Shown here: positions 46,216-60,160 of the stretch, in pieces
How the letters are laid out: each line of letters starts with the position of its first letter
Numbering within the stretch: position 1 is the first letter of the stretch
Source of the DNA: Catajapyx aquilonaris
Taxonomy: Eukaryota
Assembly (NCBI GenBank): GCA_000934665.2
Contig: JYFJ02002175.1
Coordinates: 1-61,692, forward strand
DNA length: 61,692 nt
Direction: 5' to 3'
The notes under the pieces: generated by a model
Seen by the model: the letters and a program-made list of their open reading frames with translations, nothing else
The model's database searches: none
What the model was told of the DNA's origin: nothing
Position numbers and translations under genes: made by a program

Positions 46216-49200
46216 ACGTGTTGTCGATATGCATGTTCCATCGACCTCCCCATGCACGGACCACGGCGCTTAACGTTAATTGAGCACTATTCCCAGGCTC
46301 ATTGAGTAGCGGCGTTGCCTCGTCTGGAATCAAGCCGACCTTCACTTCTTGTATTTTTTATTATTATATATATCGTAGTAACGGGTGCAGCCGGACCTGC
46401 AGGTTGCACATGCAGCTAGAACTGCAGGGATGGGGGTGCGGGTAGGGTGGAAAGGGGGGAAGAGCTAGGGCTATAATAATTTATACAGGGCCGGTCCCGT
46501 ACGTACGTAACTACGTACAGTGCGCAGACAGGCCTTTTATAAATGGCTCACAATTGCCCCAAGACATGGACGTTTTATTGACCCATCATAGGACCCACAT
46601 TGCGCCCTTCGTGTAGTAGGTTAGAGTACTACGGGGAGGGGGGNGAGACTATATTTTGACCTTTCACATGCCATCGAGTACCTGCAGAGTAATATGTTGA
46701 ACTCTGGTTTCCAGGAATTATTTGAGCATGTGTGATGACGGAAGAAAAAAAAAGGTGCGGATAATTACAGAGTGATCGGTTACGGAAGAGATTTCCGCGC
46801 AACAATGAGGAACTGGCTATTTGCCCAAAGAATCGCGCGAATATGCCGCCTACGCTGAGTGTACCACAAGTCTCTTTAGAATCATCAATCACGGTCGCGA
46901 AATTAGCAGCGAACTAAACCAGAAGCGTTTGCTCCAGCCTTGAGCAATCATCATTCTCCTCCCGATTGACGCCTCCGGAATGATCCTTGAAGTGACATTT
47001 AACTTAAGCTTTACCTAATTTTTCTTCCCACCAATATTATGGCTGAAAATTCCAGCAAGATGCATTTGGACATACCGCTTTAGCCACACCCCAGCCTGCA
47101 GCCACCTACGATAGCGCTCTTATATGGAGTGTCACACAGTGGCAGTTAGTGTCTCCAATAATGGCTCGGCCCGCCGATGATTGACCATGGCAGCCAAAGA
47201 GCCCCAGGATTATCAGAGTGCGCATCGGCAGTTTCGCCCAATATTTTACATTCCTATCATCACCCGATATATGCTGGGGGCTGACTGGAGGACAGGAGCA
47301 TTCCTCAACCCACCAATTGCACCTGGATACAGACCTGTAATGTAGCTGCTCGTCACTGCATTTGTTTTGTGCAGTGTGGCTCATTATAGGGGATTTTATG
47401 AGGCTCTGTTTGACTGTTGATTGTCTGCGGTCAGCGGATGGTGGGAATTGGCGCGGGATTTGAATCCAGCGGGTATCTTTGGAGCTTGCATGGGCACTAG
47501 CACATTATCTGCTCTTGTGCGCAGTCCACAGTATTTATAATTAGAATCGGCTTACGGCCGGGCATCATATGGCATTATGTCCAAAGAGGTCAGGAAACCC
47601 TGTAATGCGTCCGCACTATTTGGGAGTCAAACGGATCAGGTGGCATGGCCTGTACTGTACGTGTCATAGGGGCTCATCAGTTATCGCAACTCTGATAAAA
47701 CCCACTTGTGCGTCTGGCAACAGCGAGTTGGTAAGTGCGCTGGGTGTTATCGGCTCATATACGGTAAGTACTAATAAACAACGGTGTCGGTAAAGCCACA
47801 ATACATCAATATTGTGTTTTTTTTTGGCATGACTGGCATAGTAAATGTCAAACCGTTGACGTCAATGACGGTACCGATACTTTTGATATCGGATCTGCAA
47901 ATTACCACGCCTACGGTCATGCCTTCTCGGTTTTAATCAGCAGTGTTACGCACTTTCGAGCTTAGTTGTACGGCCGGTTGCTCCACCGATTGATTGAATG
48001 GACGGCTCAGAGCGCGTAAGCCTCACATTGACACCACCTTTCGCACCGTACGGAGCATACAGTATTGTTGATGAAAAGGAATCCCCTTGGCTGCTGGCAA
48101 GAGCTTGTGTTATGATGGCTGCGGACCCCGTTTCATTCATGGCCGCTTCCGGGCCCAATAGTGCGGGTTGGGGTGGTCGAGTCGAGAGAGGGGGGCCATT
48201 CATATCGATTGGTGGGGATGAATGACGAGGGTCTGGGTTCCCTGGGATCTGCTAGGGGTGGCCCCCCCGACGACGCCAACCGACGACGCCGACTCCTACG
48301 ACGGAACCTCTGTTTTGGTGGGTGGAGGTACAGCTCTAACCAAATACTGTCTCTGCTGTTGATGGAACCAGCGCCTGCGTCCCCCCTGCACCCACCCACC
48401 CACGCCATCGGGCCATTGATCCTGACGTCATCCTTTTTTTTAAAAAAAAAAAAAGAAGCCATACCCTGTATATGCAAACTGGACACTGAAGCCAATATTA
48501 TGCTGAAATAGCTATTATAACCAAATACTGGTTGAAAAGGTGCGTTTGGACGCGCATGACACATGTATGGGACGCTTGAAGGGTTATGACAGGGCCACAG
48601 GGGACCTTGCCACCGACGGAAAAGTTACGCGCGCTATACATAGGCCTCCCTTCAGAATCGTATATTGATCTTGTCCGCAAGTTGCGCAGTACAAGAACGC
48701 CCCCCATAAACGTAGCGCCAATCAACGGAATCAAGCTGCTTTTCTGTCACCCCCTGTGGTGGGTGGGTGGGTGGGGGTCTCATCAGCTGATTGAGATAGA
48801 CTCAAAACATCGTGTCAACCAGTTCATAAATCCAGTCACAAGCCGATGAAATATATCCGGACCAACCAAAAAACCGATAGGGGTGAAAGGCGTATTGACT
48901 GCCCCGTATGAATAAGTGATGATCTTTGACAACTCTTGCAAAATGCAGACCGGAACACATACACGTACGGGTGGCCAGGTAAAAAAAAAAATGTTGTGAA
49001 TGCTTATCCCCCTTACCCCCCACCCCCCCTAGTTTTAACTCACAAATCGGCTCATTTGCAATCGATTCGGGTCATCCCACCGGTTCGAAAAATGTCGGGT
49101 ATGTGTACCAATTCCAGCTTCTTACACAAGCTTTCTTTACAAAAGGAAAAGCGTTCCTTTTTTGGGGCCAGACGAGTGGGGGGGGGGGGGGGGGTCCTTG

Positions 49201-51466
49201 GGTTGAGCGCCTTTGGCCAGAGTCATTCCAAGTCGTGCGTTCCGCATCGGTTGCACCATCGTCTGTCTTCTTTTTTTATACCTATGTTGTCCCAAGCAAC
49301 TCAAAATGTGGGGCCTGATGACAAACTAGAAGTAGTGACGTAATTTTTTTGTAGGCCTAACTAAGCTCAGGGTCATAGGAGGGCAAGTAAGCAAATCAGT
49401 GTTTCGATTGTGTAGTAATGAAGGCCACGCGTTTGATATGTTACAAGTCCGTACGGTACATCCGCACACGAGCGACATACTCGATGCGTCATGTGCGACC
49501 TGATCCTGGGTACAGTACAAGTGTGGATCTGATATCAAAGGCAGGATCAGCAAGTTGACAGACCAAAAAAAATTGCTGGTCGTATAGGTATTCGTCTAAT
49601 ACCAGCAGATGGCTATTGCTTCACTTTTGCTACGGGAGGACAACAAGGACGACGAATTATTCAGGAGTGTCGGACGAATGATAGCAGAGGTGACCTAACG
49701 CTTTTCGTGACTCGAGTGTCCAACCCATGCCTTGTTATTATTCCGCGACGTATAAATCAGATTACGTTAGTGTCAGTATGGCTTGATGCTACATGTACTT
49801 TCCACATCTGACAGACTGCAGCATCGGAAAGTCGGTGCAATGTATATTTGCCTTTCAGATTACTTCATTGCGCTTTCGTGTTGCGTTTGTCAGTAGGTTT
49901 ACGACCAATCTATGAGGTGCAGTCCAAATCATAATATGAAGATTTGCAGGATAATTCGGGCTGGAGCTCCATGTGGGAGATAAACAGTGAGGTGCATATT
50001 CAGTTTGGAGAGACTAGAACAGGCGGTAGGTGGCAGGTGCAGTGTCGTGTACTTATGACTTTTATGATATCATGTGGTATGACGAATCGAGCGAACAGCT
50101 TAAGACTAATTTGTTGTCCAATTTGCTGCGTAGCATCTATACGGAGCCTGTAATTGCTCCGTACTTGTCAGTTGACGGTTGACTTCACGTCACCTTGGAG
50201 ATGTCTGAACAAAAGAGGTCAAATGTAGGGTCGACACCCACCCTTGAAGAACTTGATCGCATCTTGCTTTGCTGACAGCAGCAGGAATGCCGCTATCTTG
50301 TTGCCTGCTGTTAGAAAATACTCATTCAGTGTGTGGGCGGGGCATCCAAATAATTGCTAGTAAACCCACTTGGAAGTTCTGAGAACGTCTTTAGGAGATG
50401 ATATCCTCGAACTCACACTTGTTCTTTGTGTATTTTTTTTTCTTCATTTGTTACGAGTCATTTTATTGGGTCATTTAATTTATTTACACTACCGTATATT
50501 TATTATTGGGCCATTTTTGACAGGACTGGGTCACGGATTGGCTTATTCAGGATGGAAAATCGATCCATGAAAGATATCGTATTTTCTGTGGGAGTAAAGC
50601 TGATAACAAGGTGTACATAACCCATGAATATACCGCGAGCGAGCTTAACTTTCAGGGCAGTAATGACCGGGAAGCAACTTAAGCTAGACAGTAGGCCTAC
50701 TGTACATAAAAGGCCCCGACCTCTCCACGCATGGAAACACACTGAATTTTCAGCCGTAAAATCTCCTCCTGTGCAGACTAGCCTTGAGCATAAAATTGGC
50801 GCATAGTAACCGGACAACTTCCCACAAAGCCTGTGGCATCTGACCCAAACATGGCGGCATCCATGTGATGAATACAGTATTTTTTGGTCGCCATGCCCTT
50901 CATCTCAGTACTCGATAATCACCTCCATCGCACTGCATGGCAACTAAGGTAAACCATATAATACTATATAGAAAACCGCGTGCTGTCCATGGTTGACAAC
51001 ATTCCAGAAACGTCGTCTCCTGCTAACTTGGAAAAATAAAGATTGCGAAATTTTTGGGTGCCGCAAGATTTTTCAGTAATATATGCAAGTTTCTGATATA
51101 TACAGGGTCAGGTTTTGGGCCTCTTGAGGGGTAGCAGGCATCCCGACTATATTAACAGATGGCAATCATATAATTCTGGTGGCTGCTGCTTTTCATTGGC
51201 TGCCGGATTTATATTATGTGACTTGCTGTTTGAAGGTAATGAAGGGTATAGTCAAGTCACTGCATCACATCGGATCTGTCTGTTTATGTCGGGAGATAAG
51301 GCGGACATTGCACGTAAAGATCAGTCGTTATATCATCACCCAGTCTCACTACTTGTGCAAGCAGTACTTTTTCGTAAGAAACCCTACAACTGTATCATTT
51401 GCATAACTTTTTTTTTTCTGCGGGAGCTCAAACTTCATCCAACAACGCTCCTGCCCTGTATGTATA

Positions 51467-51669
51467 CAGGGTGTTTCAACTTTTTTGTCCGAACAGTTAT
51501 CGGAAATATTGAACTATAAGCTGCTACTTTGTAAGCAGTGACTTGCAACCGGTTTGTCGGAGGAATTGGGAATATTCCCTTAGGTTGAAGTGGCATACAC
51601 TGCTTACAAAGTAGCAGCTTAGTGCAATATTTCTGATAACTGTTCGGACAAAATAGTTGAAACACCCTG
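51467..51669. mobile_element. Tc1/mariner-type MITE, inverted copy of 9504-9714
   Basis: Same TIRs; spacer is the reverse complement of the first copy with a short deletion. Confidence 0.9.
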
Positions 51670-51725
51670 TATAATTGACATACGTATCATCTTTCATGAA
51701 CCCAGTCATCATGCTCTCTGTAACT

Positions 51726-51956
51726 CAGTGGTTTCCAACCTTTTCCCAACTGCGACCCCCTAAACATGTTTCCATAAATGTGCGACCCCCCCCCCCACCG
51801 GCCCCTTCTACAGCTGACCCATTTCCTGAAAACATACACTCTGTACGGCCGCAAAAATGGTCAAATTTACACAGAAATATTGCAAAAAAAAAAGGTTGAA
51901 CAAAGGCTCGCGACCCCCTGCGACCCTGCCCGTGACCCCCAGGTTGGAAACCACTG
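51726..51956. mobile_element. hAT (Charlie-like) MITE
   Basis: CAGTGGTTTCCAACCT...AGGTTGGAAACCACTG with perfect 8-bp TSD ctgtaact; an orphan right end of this type lies at about 59212-59244. Confidence 0.93.
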
Positions 51957-54900
51957 CTGTAACTATAATGATGGCAAAGGTTTTTATTGTTACCTTTCTT
52001 CAATATACTGTATTATCATCATTACATTTGCAAGTTCTGCCAAGTACGGCCTTTTTAGATTGGCGGTCACAAATTGCGTAACTTTTCAAAAGCCTGTGCC
52101 ATCTCTATCTAGACCAATCTTGTGGCCTCGAGAAGGGTAGCGATGACCTTCGCACAGATCATTTACCGAACCCACCACGAAGTAAAATATACATTTCATC
52201 ACATCAGACCTGTCTCTTTGTCTGGACATGAACACCTTACACAATCTACTGATCTCCAGCTCCCGATGCAATTCGATAGGTCCCCTCCGTCAAGTCCAGC
52301 CGTCTACTCACCCACTGACGAAAACAATGCCAAGTGCTTCCCGAAACCGCAACAGTGTACTTCCGCATTCGAGTCACGTGTCCCCCACGCGCCTGGGCCA
52401 GTAAACAAACAACGTTCAATCCCCCCCTCGTCCTCCTACCAGTCCTCCTACCCTTAAGACACATTCAAACGTACCGCTCGATGTACCGACCAGGTCAAAC
52501 AGACCAAACTCAACCTAGAAAACATGCCATAGCCAATCGGATAGCCTGTATCAGCCAGTAGTGCTGTTAGCCAATAGACGTAAGGCTTGTACCAAAACAT
52601 TTGTAGTCTCCCCCTCCCAGCCCTCCCCTTCCTAGAGTTTACTCATTCACCATTTTTAGTGTGGATCAGGTCGGAGACTTCTAAGGATCGCTTTGGAGTC
52701 AAGACGTGCTTTGGCCCCCCTAGCCCCCAGTCCCTATCGGGGGGGAGGGCGGCCTGCCTTTACGCGTGTTCAACATTTGGATGGATGGGACAGTACGTTG
52801 AGATGAGGGACGTCAGAGCTAGAGGGGTGTCGCCCCTGGATCGGCCCGTGAGCTGTAGACTACATTGTTGGACAGTTAGAGACAAAGGGAAGTGGGTGAG
52901 TCGGATGGTGGTAGCGGACAACGGGAGGGAGCTGAGGTCGGAGGGATGTACGGGGCTAGGCCTGGGTTGTAGTACTGAGGTACTGGTGTGGGTGTTTTGT
53001 AAGGTGTTGGAGGTTTGGTGACTGAAGTATGGTGGGTTGAGCATATGGCCTGGGTGCTGTTTGTTAGCTGGATGCATTTGGAATGAGATGTCGTGATCCG
53101 GATTAGGCACAGTTGTGTGACATTTGCGTTTGGCGTTGGTACTATGTTGATGCGAGTAAGTATAGAATAGGAAACCGAGCTGTCAGTCAATTGAAAATAG
53201 ATTGTCATCAACTTGAAACAATTTTTTGCAGTACTTCAGCAATTTCTGAGTATGGACATTCGCTGAATAGAGTAGACTTGCGGCTGTTGCAGAAGTTAGG
53301 GATACCTGCTCTCTGCGAGCAGGTATTTGATTATAAGTTTACAAAACAGCGATGACAACAATAACTCGGAGCCTGTAAACTCGGCTACATTGAAAATTGT
53401 ACCAAGTTCAGTCACCCATGAAACTGCAGTTTATGTCATGCTCGTAAAGTGCTAGTATTATAGATAACATTGTATTGTGTATGAAGATAGAACACTCCTA
53501 GGCCACCTTGGCTTGTCATGTGATTAATTTAGTCACTCTAAATCTCAAGTAACATACAGATTGTCGTGGGCTCTGTAACGGTAACAATGTTGAATCATCG
53601 GATATGTTCAGTGACGGGGTTGCTATGAGTCTTTATCACCTCAGCAGCTCTAAGGTGGGAGCAAACATTTGGATGGAAGCGAAAGGCAATGCTAAGGTTC
53701 GCAGACTATTTTATGTGACTGGAGATGACATTGAAGGATATAACAGTGGTGTGCGTATGGATGATTGATTTGTAAGTCAAGTTATTTTATGAGTCGAGAC
53801 TTGTAGGAAGCATTTTCTGGCACTGTACTGCAACATATTGGGTAATTGCTGTGTTCATAAATCCTGCAGAGGCAATACACATTGCCAAGTTAATTTTGTA
53901 ACACTGCTTATTCTGTATAGCATAGAATAAATTTGTTTTAGGGCATCCCATGGTGCAGCAGATGCAAACAATTTGTCACAATGGTGTAGGTATGTTAACA
54001 AAATAATTGGGATGTTGCAAAGCTTCTCAAAGGGCTGCGTCGTACATGATTAATGTTGTGTATTATTGTGCCTGTCATTGTTGCAGCCTAGGATTTGAAA
54101 AATGGTGGGTTAGGAATATGTTAATTGCCAGTTAGACTTGCAGGTTTGTTGCGTAAGTGTTTGGGATTTCAGAGATGCCTTCTATGTATTTGAACACTGC
54201 AAATTTAAACTGGTACTATTTTTCAACATGTATCTAAAATTTAAACTGTTACATTTGACTCTGAGATATTTACGGTCATTTCCTACCCAATGTGGAAGAT
54301 TTGGTTTCATGTATCACCCTTTGATATAGCTTGTTATGCAACAGTGGCGATAATTTGCAACAATGTGCGCAAGTAGACTGCATAAGTTTTTCTTAATATA
54401 ACTTGTTGCACATTCTTCCCCTCCTCCTTTGTCACTCTGCAATCGCAGACTTGTGATGAGTCTGGGAAGGTCTCAAAGGACAAACTACCCCCAAGGAGGG
54501 AGGGTGAGGGATACTTTTTGCAGCGTTTGCTGCGCTGATAAAACCTGTCACGCTGGGCGCAACCGAGCAAAGTTTTGAGATATGATGGAGAGGGAATATA
54601 CCCAGTGCCATTGCAACTTATTTACCATTTTGTCCATATGTGACATCAATGATAGGTCTCGTCTGACTAGCCTGATATGGGAACTGCAGGCTGTGCATCT
54701 CGTATGTTGACACTGAGCACATTCGACAGATTCGTGAAAAGAAACGTGAGTGGGGTAATGTGATAGTATGGGGAGGGGTTTTTCACTACTTCCATGCAAA
54801 ATTGCTGCCTGAATTCTGTCAGCAACAGAACTGAAATGGTCAGTTTGTAGCAAGTGGAAACAAAGAATTAGTTACTTTGGTTTCATATGCCATGCGTTAC

Positions 54901-57900
54901 TCATTTTCTGGAGGCCGTCCAGATCTTTGTTCACGTTTTCTTTTTATAAATTACTGGGAAGTGCGTGGTTACTCTAGTGGGGAGTTGTGGCATCGTGTAC
55001 TATTATAATTTGTTAGGTTAATTTTTTTCCTGCTCATAATCACCAGATAGAGCATGGTGTGTGCAAAGCTTTTGACAAATCACATCTGGTGTTTGCTTGG
55101 TGCTTTTTCAGCATTCCGTCCAGTGAATTTTCACTAAAACGTATGGATAAGTTGTAATTGACTTTGTGTGTGAGTGTGGTGGGTAACTTTCCTGCCTGGT
55201 CAGCTGTCATGCATGTATAAAGGTTAAAGGTTTCTCTGATAGAGGGTGTAGTGAGCTTTCATTCTGCATGTGATGGATTGTGAAAACCTTATCTTTGTGG
55301 ATTTGTGGAATTGGTGAGCATTTTAAATAGTGGAATTTTTTGGGTAGGCAGATGATCAATCTGAGACATTAATCTGTCAAAGTCAGTCATGTAATGCAGA
55401 GTTAGACATTTAAGCAAGTTGGTTTTTGTCTGTTGCTGTGCAAATTATTGTTTATTAGGTGCAGGTAACATGTGGGTGCTGCAGGAAGAGATAACTAGTA
55501 AATAAGATAAGCTTCATTGAGGGGGTTGAATGAAGAGTAATATCTCATCTTGGAGGTAACCTTGTGCAATGACATGACCAGCAGTCCGGATTTAGTCACT
55601 GAGCAATCTCCACATAGTGACAGAAGCCCTGCATAGTCATTTGCATGCTTATCCTTGCGTGTGTGTATGTGTGTGCGTGGACCGAGTGCTGTCTTCTCCC
55701 AACTTTTCAATTCTGGGCTGGACAACTATTCCATTAGTCACTTGATCTTGTGTGCAGGGCCCTACACACACAATTGAGGCTGTGCTCCAGTGGAGCACAA
55801 CAAGATGAAATTCGGGGAACCCAGCAGTTGACTCATCCTCAGTTTTGAGTAAGCGACCCTGACAGGTCCACAAGCTGTGTGTGGTGTGCTTCCATCCCTT
55901 CAAATAGGGATCTTTTTGTAGCGGAGGGGGTGGAGTTGGTGTGTGCAAGCGTGCAGGCACTGGGTTGGAACCACCATATAGTAGGTGTGTGCGATCGTGT
56001 GTATTTTACTCTGAATGTGTAGTCACCATTTTTTATGTGAAGAGTTTGTTTCCAGATGATTTGGAGGCCAGTCATAGTGCTCTTCTTGTACGTACTACGG
56101 AGTTAGGTATTGTGGAGTGTAAACCTAGGGCGTATCAGACATTTCCAAAGATAAGATGTGGGCTTTGAATGAGTAATATTGAGTTGTGAAGTTGGGAGTC
56201 ATTTTATCTCACACGTTCTGATTATCAGGGAGAGACTCTAGACTGTGTCTGATACTCAAATGTATTCTAATTGCACTGCCCTTGACTGTGCCCGGAGTGA
56301 AATAATACAGTGCGGGGAGCTGACTGGATAAGAATTCAAGAATGGGACTTGCAGGGTGTAATGTTTTTTGCCAGACGGGAGTGGGAATAAATTTTGTAAT
56401 GTATGTACGTGGAGTGAAACATGGGAAAGTTATCCATCCTATGCGGTTATACTCCATGTCATGGCATACACAAGTTGTGGGAAAAGCCCAACATTTTCTT
56501 CCCTCAATCCCCACCTTACTTCCCCCATTCCTTTGCACCAACTACCACCTTACATTGACTCTCCACAAAAGATTCATATCTGGCCTTGACCCCAGACTTG
56601 AAAGTAAAAAGGTAAAAGAGGGGGGGAAAGAAATCAAAAGGGTGGGATTGAATTTATGTTTATATCAGGCCACCAGACTGTCACCCACCTGTTTGTTGTC
56701 ATGGTCAATGCACACAAACCGAGGGAGTTAAAAAAATTAATCATAGCACAAAAAAATAGGTGTGTACCTGACACGCTTCCAGCCATCCTTGGGCAGTATC
56801 TGCACCTGTTATATGACGTACCTGCCCCCCCCCCCCTCCCCCTCAATTCAATTGTGGTTTGTAGATACTGCTAGACACTAGACAGTACTACTAACTTGTA
56901 GTGGTGAATGGGGTAAAATTTTGCTGCATCACATTGGACCTTTCTATTTAAGCCTGGAGAGTATATAAGCGTATCAAAACTGGTTTGGTTGTTGTGGAAA
57001 GAATGGGTGGCGATAATGGCAGGTCCTCACTTGCCTACGTCCCGTACAGGTGGAAATAGGCGGATTCACTGCAATGTTGCATAATTTTACCAGAGCGTAG
57101 TAGTTGTATGCTGTAGACATATCTGATGTGATGCGGGCAATTTTACAAGTTGCCACTAGACTGTATGTTGTTCATACTTCATATAGCCAAGGTTTTCTCC
57201 ATATTATTTTGATTCATATTTTGTAGATAGATACAATGGAATGGCTGCATTATTGTATGCTGCACCTGGAGTCACATTTTATTATTATTTAGGATTGAAA
57301 TGTTTTCATCTGTGCCATTGATTCAGTTTTTTAAAAGGGCTTGAGTTTGTTCTGATTACCTTGATGACAGAATTTTATACCTCTTCAATTGAAGTTTTAT
57401 TGGAGGGGGATGAAATGGGGGATGGTGAAAATAACTCCTCCAGAGATACATGACCGTAGGTGTTCCATGACATTTATGTCAGCGAATTAAAAAAAAAATG
57501 CTTGATCCATTATTGCAACTGCCACATTATACACACAGGGTAACTTCCAGCAGGTGCTACCAAGATTAACACTGCATGGTTTTATAATTAAAATAGTCAT
57601 TATGTGGTCTGGGGTGGAATTATCTTTCTTGCAATACAGCTGTTGAATGATTTTAGATGGAGCTGTCATTTGGGAGTGGTCCATCAAAGTAAAAGGCGTA
57701 GATTAGGGATTAAGTTGTGGTGGACAGTGGATTTTTGCACCTTCCACTCTTCTGCCTGTCATTATTTTAATGTTTCACATGCCAGGTTATTCACATGCCA
57801 TGTTTCACATGCCAGGTAGTTAGTAACTCTTGCATTTGCTTCAGATTGGGTGATCACTTGACCTATTCTAATACCAAAATGTTTTGTTGATGCTGTGACA

Positions 57901-59478
57901 TTGTTTACGTGGAATGAATACTATAAATAAATATTTGTATACATGAGTAGCAAAAATTAGTGTCTTGAAGCAACCAAGCAAGGTAAAGCCATAATTGCTG
58001 AAATAATGTGATGACCTTCTTAAACTGTAATAAAACTTGGACCCCAATGGTGGATGTTCAGTGTATATAAACAGCAACCATTTAATAACATCACTTTCAC
58101 ACAATTTCTTAAAAAGTTTCAAGTAAGACTGCACACAAATGTTCCATGACACTATTGTTGGCCTTATCCAACTACCCCAATGCTCCCACCATGATTCCCT
58201 CAACTGAGATCATGGCAGGTCTCCATTGCAGTTGCTCTGCCAAAGGGGCATGCTTTCTCATCTTCACACGTGTTGCCATCTCCTATGCCTCGGGGCCTCT
58301 TTCATGACATGTACGCTACAATAAGGGCTGGGGGTTCTTCGATGGGTACCAAGTTGGAGTGGAGGCCGGAGTTGTCTATAGCCAGATTGGTCTATAGCCA
58401 GATTGTGTCCTGCACCTGTGACTGTACTCTCGGGTGCCTTCTGCACCTTTCTCAGTATATACTATCATGGTGCTTTTGGTAGGCTACTGAGGTCGTCATG
58501 TGGTGATGCATTTGCACACAATTTTTGGCCGATAGGTTATTTAAGGGTGTACCCCATGAGACAGTGTCAATGTTGGGGGTGGACTACCACCGTATTCCAT
58601 ATTTTCTATTTTCTATTTTTCTTCTAACTCCGGTGCAGGGAATGAAGGACAATTGGTAAGGATAGGGATTTGCTCCTCCAGTGTAGATCACATATCAGTT
58701 GTAACATTACTTCTAAACACATTCATCGCAGAGGGTTTCACATCACTACAGCACCCCCCAAAGAGCTTGTCTTTTTCATGTTGCATCAGTTACATTGCAT
58801 TAATATTTTACTGAGTCCATTCAAGTTACTGTTGTGAAATAATAAAAATATGGCAATAAGCTACTAGGAGGCAGCCACATGGGAATAATTTTAAATTCCT
58901 TATCCATTAAAATTTGCCATTGCAATAAATATAAGTACAGCATGAATCCTGTCCAGGTGTTGCGTCAGTTAGGTGGAATTGCCCTATAACATGTGGATGA
59001 CTGAATTCAGCATGACCCAACATGTGGAAAGTTACGTGATGTTTACACTTAGCAGCGTCTTAGAATATGTGGTGTCCAACAGAAGTTATGCTGCAGTCAG
59101 GCTGCCGAGTGTAAACCAGAGTTGATAAAATGTTTGTTAATTGCTACCCACTTAGGGTGAGACAAGAGATAATGCAACAAACTTGACTATTTAACCTCGT
59201 AAAAGGCTTCAAGGGGGTCGCGACCCACAGGTTGGGAACCACTGGTCTAAAAATTCTTCCACCTTCCACCACCCTCTCTTACATTGAAATCCGGCCCCGT
59301 CAATTTTACACTCTTCCAACAGTACATGGATTCCAAAATCAACTTACAGGAACTTAAGCAGGTCTGATTTTGTATTCACATGCAATCTAGCTGCTGAGAA
59401 AGGTATCATTTTGAACCTTTTTGGCACCACTTGTATTTATATAATATACCAGTACAAACTTGCGTAGCAGGGCATTTC

Positions 59479-59997
59479 CAGACATATTGTCCGTTCGTTA
59501 CGCAGGTTTTGCAGACATGTACTAGCGTATTTTATTGTAACAATACACACACACACACATTGTATGAAATGGATTAGTATGCATACTTAATCAATTTCAT
59601 GCAATGTGTGTGTGTGTATTGTTACAATAAAATACGTTTATAAGGGAGGCGTGGTAGTCTAGTGGTTATGCCACTGACTAGCCAAGTGGGAGGCCGGGGT
59701 TCAAATCCCGTCCCCGTCACCTCTGCTTGGCCGGGTCTTTTTCCGCTTTTCACCCGACACGCCGGGGCAGCATTGCACTCCCTTAGCTGCCCGGGGCCAG
59801 AGAAAAGGTCTGGTGATCTGAGAGAGTCGTGAGTGACTATAAACCGTGGATGTCCCCCCTTGGGAACCTTTCCCCTCCCCCCAAAACGAGCCGCAATGGC
59901 TCGAGCACGGGGTAACAATAAAAAATAATAATAATAATAAAAAAAAAACGTTAGTGCATGTCTGCAAAACCTGCGTAACGAACGGACAGTATGTCTG
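59479..59997. mobile_element. Palindromic MITE interrupted by a SINE
   Basis: cagacatattgtccgttcgttacgcaggttttgcagacatg mirrored by catgtctgcaaaacctgcgtaacgaacggacagtatgtctg. Confidence 0.85.
59644..59948 (+). mobile_element. tRNA-derived SINE (third family)
   Basis: A box tggtagtctagtgg, B box ggttcaaatcc, 3' hairpin cgagcc..ggctcg, A/TAA-rich tail, short acgtt duplication. Confidence 0.88.
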
Positions 59998-60160
59998 TGT
60001 TTGTGTGGAAATGCCCAGCAGCAGTATCATGAACTGATTATGAAGTTTGTTAACAATGCTTTGATCTTTCAGATATGGAAACGTGAGTGGTGCCTGAAGT
60101 CTGGTACCACCAGTCCTCATCAGCAGTGGAAGTTGTCCATCATGGAATAGACGCCATGCT

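Noticed and set aside
59644..59716. tRNA gene (also the heads near 24250-24323 and 19655-19727)
   Set aside because: A/B boxes are present but there is no complete cloverleaf; each continues into a SINE body with tail and TSD
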